NCBI GenBank assembly: GCA_038252255.1
Contig: JBBSAM010000021.1
Span: forward strand, 10,293 to 74,292
Reading direction: 5' to 3'
Length of the DNA: 64,000 nt
From: Acidimicrobiia bacterium
Lineage (GTDB): Bacteria > Actinomycetota > Acidimicrobiia > IMCC26256 > JAENVU01
This document shows, piece after piece, positions 1-9,283 of this stretch; position 1 is the stretch's first letter; the number at the start of each line of letters is the position of its first letter. The notes under the pieces were generated by a model, which saw only the letters and a program-made list of their open reading frames with translations, searched no databases and had not been told where the DNA came from. A program made the position numbers and the translations under genes.

Positions 1-49
1 GGACGAAGCGGTCAACATCGGTCGTCTCGAACCCGGTTAGGCTGGATTC

Positions 50-346
50 GTGCCGACCTACGCGATGCTCAGCACGCTCGGCCCCGGCGGGTGGGCGACG
101 CTGGCCGAGAAGCCGGAACGACTGTTCGAGGTCACCCGTGAGGTCGAGTCCATGGGCCTGAAGGTCATCGCCCAGTACGCGCTCTTCGGCCAGTGGGACT
201 TCCTCAACATCATCGAGGCACCCGACGAGGGGACCATGGCCAAAGCCGCGGTCACGCTCGCGGCGCGGGGCACGATGCGCTCCACCACGCTGCAGGCCCT
301 GCCCATCGCGGACCTGCTCGAGGCCCTCCGGGGCGTCCCGGACTAG
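50..346 (+). CDS. GYD domain-containing protein
   Basis: 98 aa; YALFGQWDF motif (GYD variant) and C-terminal TLQAL; TAGGCT -10-like hexamer 6 nt before GTG. Confidence 0.8.
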   Translation: MPTYAMLSTLGPGGWATLAEKPERLFEVTREVESMGLKVIAQYALFGQWDFLNIIEAPDEGTMAKAAVTLAARGTMRSTTLQALPIADLLEALRGVPD

Positions 347-409
347 GACCCGCCTTCTGGGTCGCTCCGGCCTCCGCACTCCGTGCCCGTTCTGGCACCC
401 CGCTGCTGT

Positions 410-613
410 CTAGATCCACCACATGTCGTTCTTGCGCCGCTCTTCGCGCACTTCGTGGTCACCGAACAGGACGGGGAGTATCGAACCGTCCGAGCGGCGG
501 CGCACCCGGTACTGGGAAGTGGCGCCTTCGCGGACTTCCTCGGCGACCTCGAAGCCCCGGGCCCAGGCCCGGTCGAACCGAGATTGCACCTCGACTCGCG
601 TTCCCGGCTTCAC
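410..613 (-). CDS. Small hypothetical protein (SH3/KOW-like)
   Basis: 67 aa MKPGTRVEVQSRFDRAWARGFEV...YRVRRRSDGSILP; protein-like C-terminal part of ORF 410..934; GTG at 613. Confidence 0.65.
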   Translation of the reverse strand: MKPGTRVEVQSRFDRAWARGFEVAEEVREGATSQYRVRRRSDGSILPVLFGDHEVREERRKNDMWWI

Positions 614-692
614 GCGCCGAATCGTAAACGCGAACCGCGGCGGGCACCGTGCGTCCCGGTCGCGGGCGGCTGCCGTTGGTAACGTCCCGCGC

Positions 693-1358
693 GTGACCGC
701 CCTCGCTCCGCGCCCCACCTTGCGCCTCGAGCGCAAGTGCTGGAAGGCGGGGGAGCGACTGGTCTGCGGGATCGACGAGGTCGGCCGGGGTGCCTGGGCC
801 GGACCGGTGACGGTGTGCGCGGTGATCCCCGCGCCGGAGCATCTGCGCGGCGTGCGCGACTCGAAGATGCTCACGCCGGAGCAACGCGAGGTCGCGGCGG
901 TCGCGATCCGCCGGTGGGCCGTCGCGATCGGCATCGGGCACGCGAGTCATGAAGAGTGCGACACACTCGGTATGACCGCGGCGCAACGCGCAGCTGGTCG
1001 GCGAGCGCTCGCGTCGCTCGCCGCGCAGGGCTACGAGCCCGATCGCGTGATCCTCGACGGCAACCACGACTACTTGCAGCTGGGCGCGCGCTGCACGACC
1101 GTCATCAAGGGCGACTCGACGTCGCTGGCGGTCGCGGCGGCGTCGGTGGTGGCCAAGGTCACGCGTGATCAGCTGATGGCCGAGGAGGCCCAGCACTTTC
1201 CCGCGTTCGGCTTCGAGTCGAACCGCGGCTACCCGGCGCCGGCGCACAAGGCCGCGCTCGCCGCTTGGGGCCCGACGACGATCCACCGTCGGTCGTGGAT
1301 CTTCATGGACGGTCTGTGCTGGGGCGGCGTCGCACCCGCACCCGGGCGCCTGTTCTGA
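693..1358 (+). CDS. rnhB: Ribonuclease HII
   Basis: GIDEVGRG, RDSK, ILDG, KGD, AASVVAKVTRD, NRGY, HRRSW motifs; GTG 693 after TAACGT. Confidence 0.95.
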   Translation: MTALAPRPTLRLERKCWKAGERLVCGIDEVGRGAWAGPVTVCAVIPAPEHLRGVRDSKMLTPEQREVAAVAIRRWAVAIGIGHASHEECDTLGMTAAQRAAGRRALASLAAQGYEPDRVILDGNHDYLQLGARCTTVIKGDSTSLAVAAASVVAKVTRDQLMAEEAQHFPAFGFESNRGYPAPAHKAALAAWGPTTIHRRSWIFMDGLCWGGVAPAPGRLF

Positions 1359-1517
1359 CCTCGGGAGGCGGGCACCCGGCCGGTACGTACGACGTCTCGG
1401 CCGGGGGGAGATGTGCTGCGGGCACCACACCCTCGACGTGTTGATCCACGGCTGGGTCGCATGACCCAGCTCCTCGCCATCCTCGGTCGGCGACCCCGAG
1501 CCGGTAGTTTTCAACCC

Positions 1518-1880
1518 ATGGGTCAAGAGATCACCGTCACCGCGCGCGCCGGCGCATCGCCGAACGTCCGCATGTTCGACCTCAACCGGTCGCTCACCGG
1601 CATGGCGATCGAACGCTACACATCGGTCGAAGATGCACGGGCACGGGGCGGGAGGCCACCGGACGTGCTCGCGCGGCGGCTGCTGGAGGCCGGCGCGACG
1701 CACGTCACGGTGTACTCCAACGATGTCGTCGTCGAAGCGCCGGTGGAGCAGTGGGCCGAGCTCGAGTCGAAGGCGACTTTCCTCATCGAGCATCTCTTCG
1801 AGTACTACGGCGACGACGCCGGCTGGTCGTACGAAGCACGCGGGCTCGAGGCCCCGCCGCCCATCGATCCCGCCGGCTAG
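1518..1880 (+). CDS. Hypothetical protein, NifU/Nfu N-terminal scaffold-like
   Basis: PNVRMFDLNRSLTG...LARRLL..GATHVTVYSNDVVV pattern; ATG 1518. Confidence 0.55.
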   Translation: MGQEITVTARAGASPNVRMFDLNRSLTGMAIERYTSVEDARARGGRPPDVLARRLLEAGATHVTVYSNDVVVEAPVEQWAELESKATFLIEHLFEYYGDDAGWSYEARGLEAPPPIDPAG

Positions 1881-1901
1881 CAACCGCACGGGAGGTTGAC
1901 G

Positions 1902-2336
1902 ATGTCCGTCCCGATCCAGGTGGTCATCGACTGCGGCGACCCGGCGGCGCTCGCCGGGTTCTGGTCCGAGGCGCTCGGCTACGTGGTGCAGCCACCGCCG
2001 CCGGGCTTCGGGAGCTGGGAGGAGTGGCTGCGCGACAACGGCGTGCCGGAGTCCGAGTGGAACGCGGTGAGCGCGGTCGTCGACCCGGACGGGGCGGGAC
2101 CGCGCCTCTTCTTCCAGCGGGTGCCGGAGCCGAAGGTCGGCAAAGCGCGCCTGCACCTGGATCTGAACGTCGGCGGCGGACCTGAGACTCCGATCGCCCA
2201 GCGCCGATCCCGGGTGGACGAGAAGGTGGCTCGCCTCGTCGAGCTCGGCGCCGAGCTCGTTCGGACGTTCGAGGAGCGGGGCGAGTACTGGGTGGGCATG
2301 CGGGATCCGGAGGGCAACGAGTTCGACGTGCAGTAG
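1902..2336 (+). CDS. VOC/glyoxalase family protein
   Basis: VIDCGDPAALAGFW, FQRVPEPK, RLHLDL, DPEGNEF; RBS GGAGG. Confidence 0.92.
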   Translation: MSVPIQVVIDCGDPAALAGFWSEALGYVVQPPPPGFGSWEEWLRDNGVPESEWNAVSAVVDPDGAGPRLFFQRVPEPKVGKARLHLDLNVGGGPETPIAQRRSRVDEKVARLVELGAELVRTFEERGEYWVGMRDPEGNEFDVQ

Positions 2337-2353
2337 CGCGCGACGATGGCGGG

Positions 2354-2728
2354 ATGGCCACGCCCGCCGAAGCGCGTCCCGAGGTCACCGAGGACGTGCA
2401 CACCGAGGATCTGCCGCCGACTCCGCAACGCGACTTCCTGATCCCGGCCGATCGCTGGCCGGAGGCGCCGCCGGAGCTGCAGAGGCTCGGTGCCGACATC
2501 GGCGTCGACCTCGTCGCGTACAAGCGCCGGATCGGGCGCTACTTGTTGTGGCGGGCCGGACCGGCGGTGCATGCCGAGGCTCGCTACATGGCGCTCGCGG
2601 CCGATGATCTCGCGGAGCGGTACACCTACCGGCTGTTCGCGGACGGCACCGGTTCCGGGGTCGGCGCCGACGGCATGACGCACACTCGGTTCCGTACGTG
2701 GAAGGAATCGTTGCGCGACGCCTCGTAG
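2354..2728 (+). CDS. Hypothetical protein
   Basis: 124 aa ORF co-oriented with VOC gene, typical high-GC codon use. Confidence 0.6.
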   Translation: MATPAEARPEVTEDVHTEDLPPTPQRDFLIPADRWPEAPPELQRLGADIGVDLVAYKRRIGRYLLWRAGPAVHAEARYMALAADDLAERYTYRLFADGTGSGVGADGMTHTRFRTWKESLRDAS

Positions 2729-2744
2729 GGAGTGCCGGGGCGCG

Positions 2745-2999
2745 CTAGTTGCCGATGACGTCCGCCGGCAGGGTGGCGACGAAGAGCCCGATCGGCACGC
2801 AGACGACGGCCATGACGATGACCCAGCGCCCGCGTGGCTCGCCCCGGACGATGGCGGCGATGCCGAGGGCGACAGCGGCCAACCCCAGGGCGATCGGCCA
2901 CAGCCAGATCGAGAACGCGGCCGCACCGACACCGAGGCAAGCGCTGAGCTGGCCGCGCCGGAGCCGCAGGCTGCCGGAGGTGGGCGCCGAGGATTCCAT
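2745..2999 (-). CDS. Small membrane protein (DUF4190-like)
   Basis: 84 aa, 2-3 hydrophobic helices. Confidence 0.6.
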   Translation of the reverse strand: MESSAPTSGSLRLRRGQLSACLGVGAAAFSIWLWPIALGLAAVALGIAAIVRGEPRGRWVIVMAVVCVPIGLFVATLPADVIGN

Positions 3000-3063
3000 C
3001 TAGGGCAGGCTAACGCCCCGGGCCCGCAATCCACGACGCGGGCGAGGCAGCAACGGAGGTTCG

Positions 3064-3813
3064 ATGACCACGCTCACGCCCAAGCAGGAAGAGCTGTGCA
3101 GCCAGAGCCGCTGGGACTTCTCGGACCTGCGGGCACTGTTCATCAACTGCACGCTCAAGCGCTCCCCGGAGGTGTCCAACACCCAGGGATTGGCCGACAT
3201 CTCGATCGAGATCATGCGCCGTCAGGGCGTCACGGTTGACGTCATACGCGCGATCGACCGGAAGATCGCGACCGGTGTGTGGCCGGACATGACCGAGCAC
3301 GGATGGGATCACGACGACTGGCCGGAGATCTCCGAGCAGGTGATGGCCGCGGACATCCTGGTGCTCTGCATGCCGATCTGGCTCGGTGAGAAGTCCTCCG
3401 TGTGCACGCAGGTGATCGAGCGGCTCTACGGGAACTCGCATCTGCTCAACGAGCGTGGTCAGTACGCCTACTACGGGCGCGTCGGTGGCTGTCTCGTCAC
3501 GGGGAACGAAGATGGCGTGAAGCACTGCGCGATGAACGTGCTCTACTCGTTGCAGCACCTCGGTTACACGATCCCGCCCCAGGCGGACACGGGCTGGATC
3601 GGCGAGGCGGGGCCCGGTCCGTCCTATCTCGACCCGGGCTCCGGCGGCCCGGAGAACGACTTCACGAATCGCAACACCACGTTCATGACCTGGAACCTGC
3701 TGCACGCGGCGCGGATGCTCAGGGACGCCGGTGGGATCCCGGACCACGGCAATCAGCGCGCCGAGTGGGACGCGGGCTGCCGGTTCGACTTCCCGAATCC
3801 CGACTACCGCTGA
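3064..3813 (+). CDS. Flavodoxin family / NADPH-dependent FMN reductase
   Basis: NCTLKRS..SNT, ADILVL..PIWLG, VTGNEDG; RBS GGAGG. Confidence 0.9.
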   Translation: MTTLTPKQEELCSQSRWDFSDLRALFINCTLKRSPEVSNTQGLADISIEIMRRQGVTVDVIRAIDRKIATGVWPDMTEHGWDHDDWPEISEQVMAADILVLCMPIWLGEKSSVCTQVIERLYGNSHLLNERGQYAYYGRVGGCLVTGNEDGVKHCAMNVLYSLQHLGYTIPPQADTGWIGEAGPGPSYLDPGSGGPENDFTNRNTTFMTWNLLHAARMLRDAGGIPDHGNQRAEWDAGCRFDFPNPDYR

Positions 3814-3868
3814 GCGGCGGAGCGTTCCGGTGCCGTGGTGAGGGAGGGATCAGCTGGGGAGCGCCGGC

Positions 3869-5131
3869 TCACCCGGACGGCGGGGGGACCGGTTCGCGAG
3901 TGGTGAGGCGGAGCAGCGCGATGCCGATCGCCCCGCTCAGGATCGAGGCACTCAGGATCGCGACCTTGGCCTCGTCGAGCCGGATGCCGGCGTAGGAGAG
4001 GTTGGCGACGAACAACGAGACGGTGAACCCGATCCCAGCGGCGGCGCCCGCGGCAGCCACGTGCGCGAGTCGCACCCCCTCAGGCAGGCGGCCGAGGCGC
4101 AGGCGGAGCGCGAGTGCCGTCGTCGCGAGGATCCCGAGCGGCTTGCCGAGCACCAGTCCGAGGACGACACCGAGCGCGATCGGGCTCTGCAGCGCGCGCG
4201 TGAAGCTGCCACCGCCCAGCTCGATCCCCGCGTTGGCGAGCGCGAAGACCGGGACGATGACGAAGCTCGACCACGGGTGAATCCGCGCTTCCAGCTCCTC
4301 GAGCACCTCACGCCCGTGGATGGGCCGCGCCGGAGTGAGCAGCCCGAGCGCTACCCCGGCGATCGTGGCATGCACCCCGGACTCGAGGACGCACACCCAG
4401 AGCGCGACCCCGGGAAGCACGTAGACGAGCGCGTGGCGGATCCCGAGTCGTTGGAGGCCGAGGACGACGAGGAGCGCGGCCACCGCACCGAGCAGCCACG
4501 AAGGAGAGATGGCGCCCGAATAGAAGAGCGCGATCACGAGGATGGCGCCGATATCGTCGACGATCGCGAGCGAGAGCAGGAACAGCTTGAGGCGCGGCGG
4601 GACGCGCGAGCCGACGATGGCGAGCACGGCGACCGCGAAGGCGATGTCGGTCGCCATCGGGATGGCCCAGCCTCGAGCACCCGGACCGCTCGCGTTCACC
4701 GTGAGGTAGAGGAGCGCGGGCACCACCATCCCGCCGAGCGCTGCGAGGACCGGCAGGCTCGCGATCTTCGGGTCCCGCAGCTCGCCGCGCACGAGCTCGC
4801 GCTTGATCTCCAGCCCGACGACGAAGAAGAACACGGTCATCAACCCGTCGTTGACCCAGAGCTGCATCGTCTCGGTCAGCGCGAGACGACCGCCGCCGAT
4901 GGTGAGCTCGGTCGACCATGCCTGGGCGTACGAGCCCGGCGCGAGGTTGGCCCAGGCGAGGGCGGCCAGCGTCGACACGAGCAGAACGACCCCGCCCAGC
5001 ACTTCGACGTAGACGAAGGCGCTGCCCATCGGCGGCAGGTATCGACCGAAGGGAAGGCGGATGGCGCGTCGGGTCATCGGGGGCGGGCTCCGGTCGCGGG
5101 GGCACGGATCGCCGACCAGGCTTCCCGGCAC
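3869..5131 (-). CDS. nhaA: Na+/H+ antiporter NhaA (start 5131 or 5077)
   Basis: WVNDGLM, VGLEIKRE, GWAIPMATDIAF, LAIVDD, GIGFTVSLF. Confidence 0.95.
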   Translation of the reverse strand: MPGSLVGDPCPRDRSPPPMTRRAIRLPFGRYLPPMGSAFVYVEVLGGVVLLVSTLAALAWANLAPGSYAQAWSTELTIGGGRLALTETMQLWVNDGLMTVFFFVVGLEIKRELVRGELRDPKIASLPVLAALGGMVVPALLYLTVNASGPGARGWAIPMATDIAFAVAVLAIVGSRVPPRLKLFLLSLAIVDDIGAILVIALFYSGAISPSWLLGAVAALLVVLGLQRLGIRHALVYVLPGVALWVCVLESGVHATIAGVALGLLTPARPIHGREVLEELEARIHPWSSFVIVPVFALANAGIELGGGSFTRALQSPIALGVVLGLVLGKPLGILATTALALRLRLGRLPEGVRLAHVAAAGAAAGIGFTVSLFVANLSYAGIRLDEAKVAILSASILSGAIGIALLRLTTREPVPPPSG

Positions 5132-5190
5132 ACCAAGCGGGAGGGTAGCCGCGCCGAAGGAGGCCGGATCGACCGGCGCCGAGACATGAA

Positions 5191-5218
5191 AGTGGGGACG
5201 GGTTGCCCCGTCCCCACT
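5191..5218 (-). terminator. Intrinsic terminator hairpin
   Basis: Perfect 12-bp stem AGTGGGGACGGG/CCCGTCCCCACT; on the minus strand GCAA tetraloop followed by a short T-tract. Confidence 0.75.
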
Positions 5219-5390
5219 CTCGTCCCGAACCCTTAGGCGTCAGCAGGGGGATGGAGGCAATTGATCGCTGACGGATTCGGCCGGTCTGTAGTGCTGGGAT
5301 GTCGGTACAGATCCTGCCCGCTCGCCGAGACGGTCTCGCGCTCGTCGTGTTCTGATCCGATGACGATGCGTCGGTGGCGTCGGTGCTGCC

Positions 5391-6044
5391 TCAGTGACGG
5401 TGGCGCCGACGGGTGGTGGTCGTGGTCGGGGGGTGGTGGTGGCCACTCGTGGTCGTCGTCGTGGGAGGAGCAAGCGTCGTGGTCGTCGTCGTGGTCGCGG
5501 GAGCCACGGTTGTCGTTGTCGATACCGAGGTTGTCGTGCTCGGCGGCGCGGTCGTGGTCGTCGAGCCACCGTCGTAGCTCGCGCCGTCGACCACGGCGGC
5601 GTCGTCGGCACAGCTGCCGATCGGAACCAGTGTGTAGCTCCCCGGGGGCGTGCCGACGTCGATGTCGTAGCTGGCGGACTCCCCGCGCAGGATCTTCTGC
5701 GCGACCAGCTCCGGCTCGGTTGCATAGCGTCCGTTCTGGGCCAGGTACAGCTCTTCGGCGGACTCGAGCGCGGCGTGGTCAGTCGCGCATGCTGCGGCCG
5801 AGCTGCGCGCTCGGAGGCCACCCACCGCGAACACGACGACACCGGCGAGCACGCCGAGGATCACGATGACGACGAGGAGCTCGACGAGGGTGAATCCCAG
5901 GGCGCCGCTCTGTGAGCCCAATATGACGCCGCGTCGAATGGTCCGGTTGCTCGATTCTCCGGTCGTCGACACCTCGGATATGCCGCGGCCGATCAGGCGC
6001 GTGGCGGGAAGGGACGTCCAGGACGAGGGCTCGGAGACTTGCAC
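5391..6044 (-). CDS. Type IV pilin / pseudopilin-like protein with Thr-rich tail (start uncertain)
   Basis: Prepilin cleavage motif G|FTLVELLVVIVILGVLAGVVVFAV; Cys pair; poly-Thr C-terminus. Confidence 0.85.
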   Translation of the reverse strand: MQVSEPSSWTSLPATRLIGRGISEVSTTGESSNRTIRRGVILGSQSGALGFTLVELLVVIVILGVLAGVVVFAVGGLRARSSAAACATDHAALESAEELYLAQNGRYATEPELVAQKILRGESASYDIDVGTPPGSYTLVPIGSCADDAAVVDGASYDGGSTTTTAPPSTTTSVSTTTTVAPATTTTTTTLAPPTTTTTSGHHHPPTTTTTRRRHRH

Positions 6045-6098
6045 GGGGAGTTGTTTCGGCGCGATCTGAGGTCACCTGTACCGCGCCTTCTTGCGGAG

Positions 6099-6120
6099 TC
6101 GAACATACGTTCGGTAGGGT
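6099..6120 (+). promoter_or_regulatory. LexA (SOS) box plus -10 for imuA'
   Basis: TCGAAC-ATAC-GTTCGG (actinobacterial TCGAAC-N4-GTTCGA) followed by TAGGGT. Confidence 0.9.
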
Positions 6121-6126
6121 GCCCGA

Positions 6127-6843
6127 GTGGCGATCACCGCACTTCCCTCTTCGCTCTCGGATCCGGCCCGACCCCTCGTCCTGCCCCGGCGTGACGCGGC
6201 TGCGCGCGCCCATCTCGACGACGTGTCGCGTCGCGGCGCGCCGGTGGTGCTGGCCCGTGAGCGTGTCTTGTCCATCCCCGGCCCGCTCGGCGCGCTCTTC
6301 CCCGACGGGGCGTTGCAACGGGGAACCGTGACCACCGTCGGCGGCGAGCCGGGTGCAGGCGTCACCTCGTTGGCCTTCGGTCTGGTGGCCGCGGCGACGG
6401 CCGCGGGGGAGTGGGCCGCCGCAGTCGACCCCCAGGGGACGCTCGGTGGGTTGGCGGCACAGGAGGCCGGAGTCGACCTCTCGCGCTTCGCGGTCGTGCG
6501 CGACGTGGCCAAGGACCGCTGGGCGACCGTCGTGGCCGCATTGCTCGACGGCGTGAGCCTGGTCATGGCCGAGGTGCCGCGCGGTCTGCGCGCCGGTGAT
6601 GCTCACCGGCTGGTCGCCCGCGCCCGCGAGCGCAGCACGGCGCTGGTGATGATCAGCGCGTCGGCCCGAGCCGTGTGGCCGGCCGATGCCGCGTTGCGCA
6701 TCTGGGCCGTCGGTGGCCCCTGGCCGGGACTGGGACCGGATCGAGGTGTGCTCGCACCCCGAGCGCTTCGGCTGCGGGTCGAAGGACGGGGGGTTGCCCC
6801 CGGCGTGCGGACGGTGGCGGGCCCGCTCGCCCTGACCGGCTGA
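6127..6843 (+). CDS. imuA: ImuA'-like RecA-family mutasome accessory protein
   Basis: LFPDGALQRGTV, GEWAAAV, AALLDG, RLVARARER; SOS box; precedes imuB. Confidence 0.88.
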   Translation: MAITALPSSLSDPARPLVLPRRDAAARAHLDDVSRRGAPVVLARERVLSIPGPLGALFPDGALQRGTVTTVGGEPGAGVTSLAFGLVAAATAAGEWAAAVDPQGTLGGLAAQEAGVDLSRFAVVRDVAKDRWATVVAALLDGVSLVMAEVPRGLRAGDAHRLVARARERSTALVMISASARAVWPADAALRIWAVGGPWPGLGPDRGVLAPRALRLRVEGRGVAPGVRTVAGPLALTG

Positions 6844-6851
6844 GCCACCCG

Positions 6852-8408
6852 ATGCCGAGTCGGATCCTGGGCTTGTGGTGCCCGGACTGGCCGGTGGTCG
6901 CGGCCCGTCGCCGCGGTGATGCGCCGGAGGACGAGCCGGTCGCGGTGCTCCGGCACGGACGCGTGCTCTCGGCCTCGAGCGAAGCGCGGGCGGAGGAGGT
7001 CACGGCCGGGCTCCGGCGCCGCGAAGCCGAGGCGCGCTGTCCCGGGATCGTGATCGTGGACGTGGACCCGGCCGCGGACGCGCGCACCTTCGAGCCGGTA
7101 GCGCGCGCGATCGAGTGCCTCACCCCACGGCTCGTGATCGACCGCCCCGGGATGCTCGCGTTCCCCACCCGGGGACCGTCGCGCTACTTCGGTGGTGACG
7201 ACGGGCTCGTCACGCGCGTCCTGGACTCGGTGAGCTCCGTCGGGGTCGTCGGAGCTCGTGCGGGGATCGCGGACGGTGGATTCGCAGCTCGGCTCGCGGC
7301 GCGGCGCGGGCTGGTGGTCGCACCGGGCGAGACCCCGGACTTCCTCGCGCCCTGGCCGATCGGCACCGTCGGCGACGAAGCGATGGCCAGCGTCCTGTGC
7401 CGCATGGGGCTGCGCACGCTCGGCGCGTTCGCCGCGCTGCCCCTACCGGCGGTGATCGCGCGCTTCGGTCCGGATGGCATGCGCGCGCACCGGTTGGCGG
7501 GGGGCGAGGAGGAGCACCCACCGGCGCTCACCGTGCCGCCGCCGGATCTGGTGGAGGTCTGCGAGCTCGACCCGCCGGCCCAGCGAGTGGACGAGGCGGC
7601 GTTCGTCGCGAAGGCGCTGGCCGATCGGCTCCTGGCCCGGTTGGAGGAGCGCGGCCTCGCGTGCACGCAGGTGATCGTCGAGGCCGAGACCGAGCACGGT
7701 GAGCACCTCGCGCGCGGTTGGCGTCATGAAGGCGCGCTCACGCCTGGCGCGCTCGCGGAACGGGTCCGCTGGCAGCTCGACGGCTGGATCACCGGCGGTC
7801 TGGGGGAGCGCGCGGCGGCGACGGGTGGCACCACCGGTGGGCTCACGCTGCTGCGGCTCGTCCCCGACCAGGTCATCCCGGCGAGTGGGCGCCAGCTCGG
7901 CTTCTGGGGTGGCGACGCGGCGGCGGCCGATCGCGCGTCGCGGGTCTTCGCCCGCGTGCAGGGGCTGGTCGGTCCGGAGCACGTGGTGACCCCGGTGCCT
8001 CGAGGAGGGCGCACCCCGGCCGAACGCGTGCGCTGGGTCCCGTGGGGAGAGATGAGAGAACCGGAACGCCTCCCTGTACCGCCATGGCCCGGCGCGGTTC
8101 CCGGCCCCGCGCCGGCTCGCGTGCTGGTGCCGCCGCTACCGGCTGAGCTGCTCGACGGGGCAGGGCGCCCGGTCACGGTGTCGAGCCGCGGTGAGGCATC
8201 TGGGACGCCGGTGGTGTTGCGCTGCCACGCACTCCCGTTGGCGGACGGTGAGATCACCGCGTGGGCGGGACCCTGGGCGCAGGATGTGCGGTGGTGGGAC
8301 CGGCGCGTCTGGGCCCGGCGGGTGCACTGGCAGGTGGTGGTGGGTGAGGTGGCCTGCCTCGTGCGCGTCGAGCGCGGGGAGACGGTGATCGACGCGCTCT
8401 ACGACTGA
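6852..8408 (+). CDS. imuB: ImuB, inactive Y-family polymerase
   Basis: LWCPDWP, RGPSRYFGG, clamp-binding QLGFWG, AGPW, C-terminal ALYD. Confidence 0.92.
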   Translation: MPSRILGLWCPDWPVVAARRRGDAPEDEPVAVLRHGRVLSASSEARAEEVTAGLRRREAEARCPGIVIVDVDPAADARTFEPVARAIECLTPRLVIDRPGMLAFPTRGPSRYFGGDDGLVTRVLDSVSSVGVVGARAGIADGGFAARLAARRGLVVAPGETPDFLAPWPIGTVGDEAMASVLCRMGLRTLGAFAALPLPAVIARFGPDGMRAHRLAGGEEEHPPALTVPPPDLVEVCELDPPAQRVDEAAFVAKALADRLLARLEERGLACTQVIVEAETEHGEHLARGWRHEGALTPGALAERVRWQLDGWITGGLGERAAATGGTTGGLTLLRLVPDQVIPASGRQLGFWGGDAAAADRASRVFARVQGLVGPEHVVTPVPRGGRTPAERVRWVPWGEMREPERLPVPPWPGAVPGPAPARVLVPPLPAELLDGAGRPVTVSSRGEASGTPVVLRCHALPLADGEITAWAGPWAQDVRWWDRRVWARRVHWQVVVGEVACLVRVERGETVIDALYD

Positions 8409-8421
8409 CCCGTTCGCGCGT

Positions 8422-9243
8422 TCAGATCGTGAACGCGAGGTTGTCGACGACCCGGTTGCCCAGGTCGAGGTCGCCGTCCAGGTGCACCGTCCCGCGGGTG
8501 CGAGCGTGCTCGCCGCTCCAGCGCCCACCCGCGAGACGCGTGAACGTCCGGCGGTCCATGGTGATCCGCGCGGTCGGCGAGGCGGGCGGCGCATCGAGCA
8601 GACGGGCGCGGCCCTCCGGCGGCACGGCGATGGACGCGGACAGCGGCGAGGGGCCCGTGATCTCGAACACGACGGTGGTGTTCGGTGGCGCACCAGCCTT
8701 CTTCCCGACGACGTAACCGAGCGCCTTCGAAGGAATCCGGCCCACCGACAGATCCGCGACGGGACCCTCGAGGAATCCCGGTCGGTCGAGCGCTTCGCGG
8801 ATGTCCTGGTCGTGGTACCAGCAATCGAACACGCGGATCTCCATGAACACGCGGTACGGACCGGGTCCCTCGGGTGTGAAGCCTTCTTTCTCCCACTCGG
8901 CTTCGGTCATCGCCGAGAGGACGTCGAGGCGACGCCGGGTGACGGAGCGAAACTCGTCGAGCAGCGCGGCGCCGTCCCATCCCCGATAGGTCGAGATCCA
9001 TTGCTCGTTCGCCTTGCCGATGTCGTTGCGTACGTGCGCCGATTCCGCCGCGTCGGGCGCGCTCGGCGCGGGTTGCTCGCCGAGGAGCATCCGCTCGGTG
9101 CCGATCACGTGCGCGACGTTGTCGTGGACCGTCCAGCCCGGACACTCGGTCGGCTGGTTCCACTGCTCGTCCGTCAAGTTCGCACACACGGTGGTGATGT
9201 CGTCCCAGACCTCTTCGAGACGGTTGATCATCGGCTCAGTCAT
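8422..9243 (-). CDS. Mycothiol-dependent maleylpyruvate isomerase family (MDMPI)
   Basis: PTECPGWTVHDNVAH, RVFDCWYHDQDIR. Confidence 0.9.
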   Translation of the reverse strand: MTEPMINRLEEVWDDITTVCANLTDEQWNQPTECPGWTVHDNVAHVIGTERMLLGEQPAPSAPDAAESAHVRNDIGKANEQWISTYRGWDGAALLDEFRSVTRRRLDVLSAMTEAEWEKEGFTPEGPGPYRVFMEIRVFDCWYHDQDIREALDRPGFLEGPVADLSVGRIPSKALGYVVGKKAGAPPNTTVVFEITGPSPLSASIAVPPEGRARLLDAPPASPTARITMDRRTFTRLAGGRWSGEHARTRGTVHLDGDLDLGNRVVDNLAFTI

Positions 9244-9283
9244 CTGCGCAACGTAGCGCGACTCGTCGTGCGAGACTGGCGAC

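Noticed and set aside
5405-5565. GTC/GTG trinucleotide repeats (also 57430..57635)
   Set aside because: Explained by Thr/Ser-rich coding linkers, not an independent repeat array.
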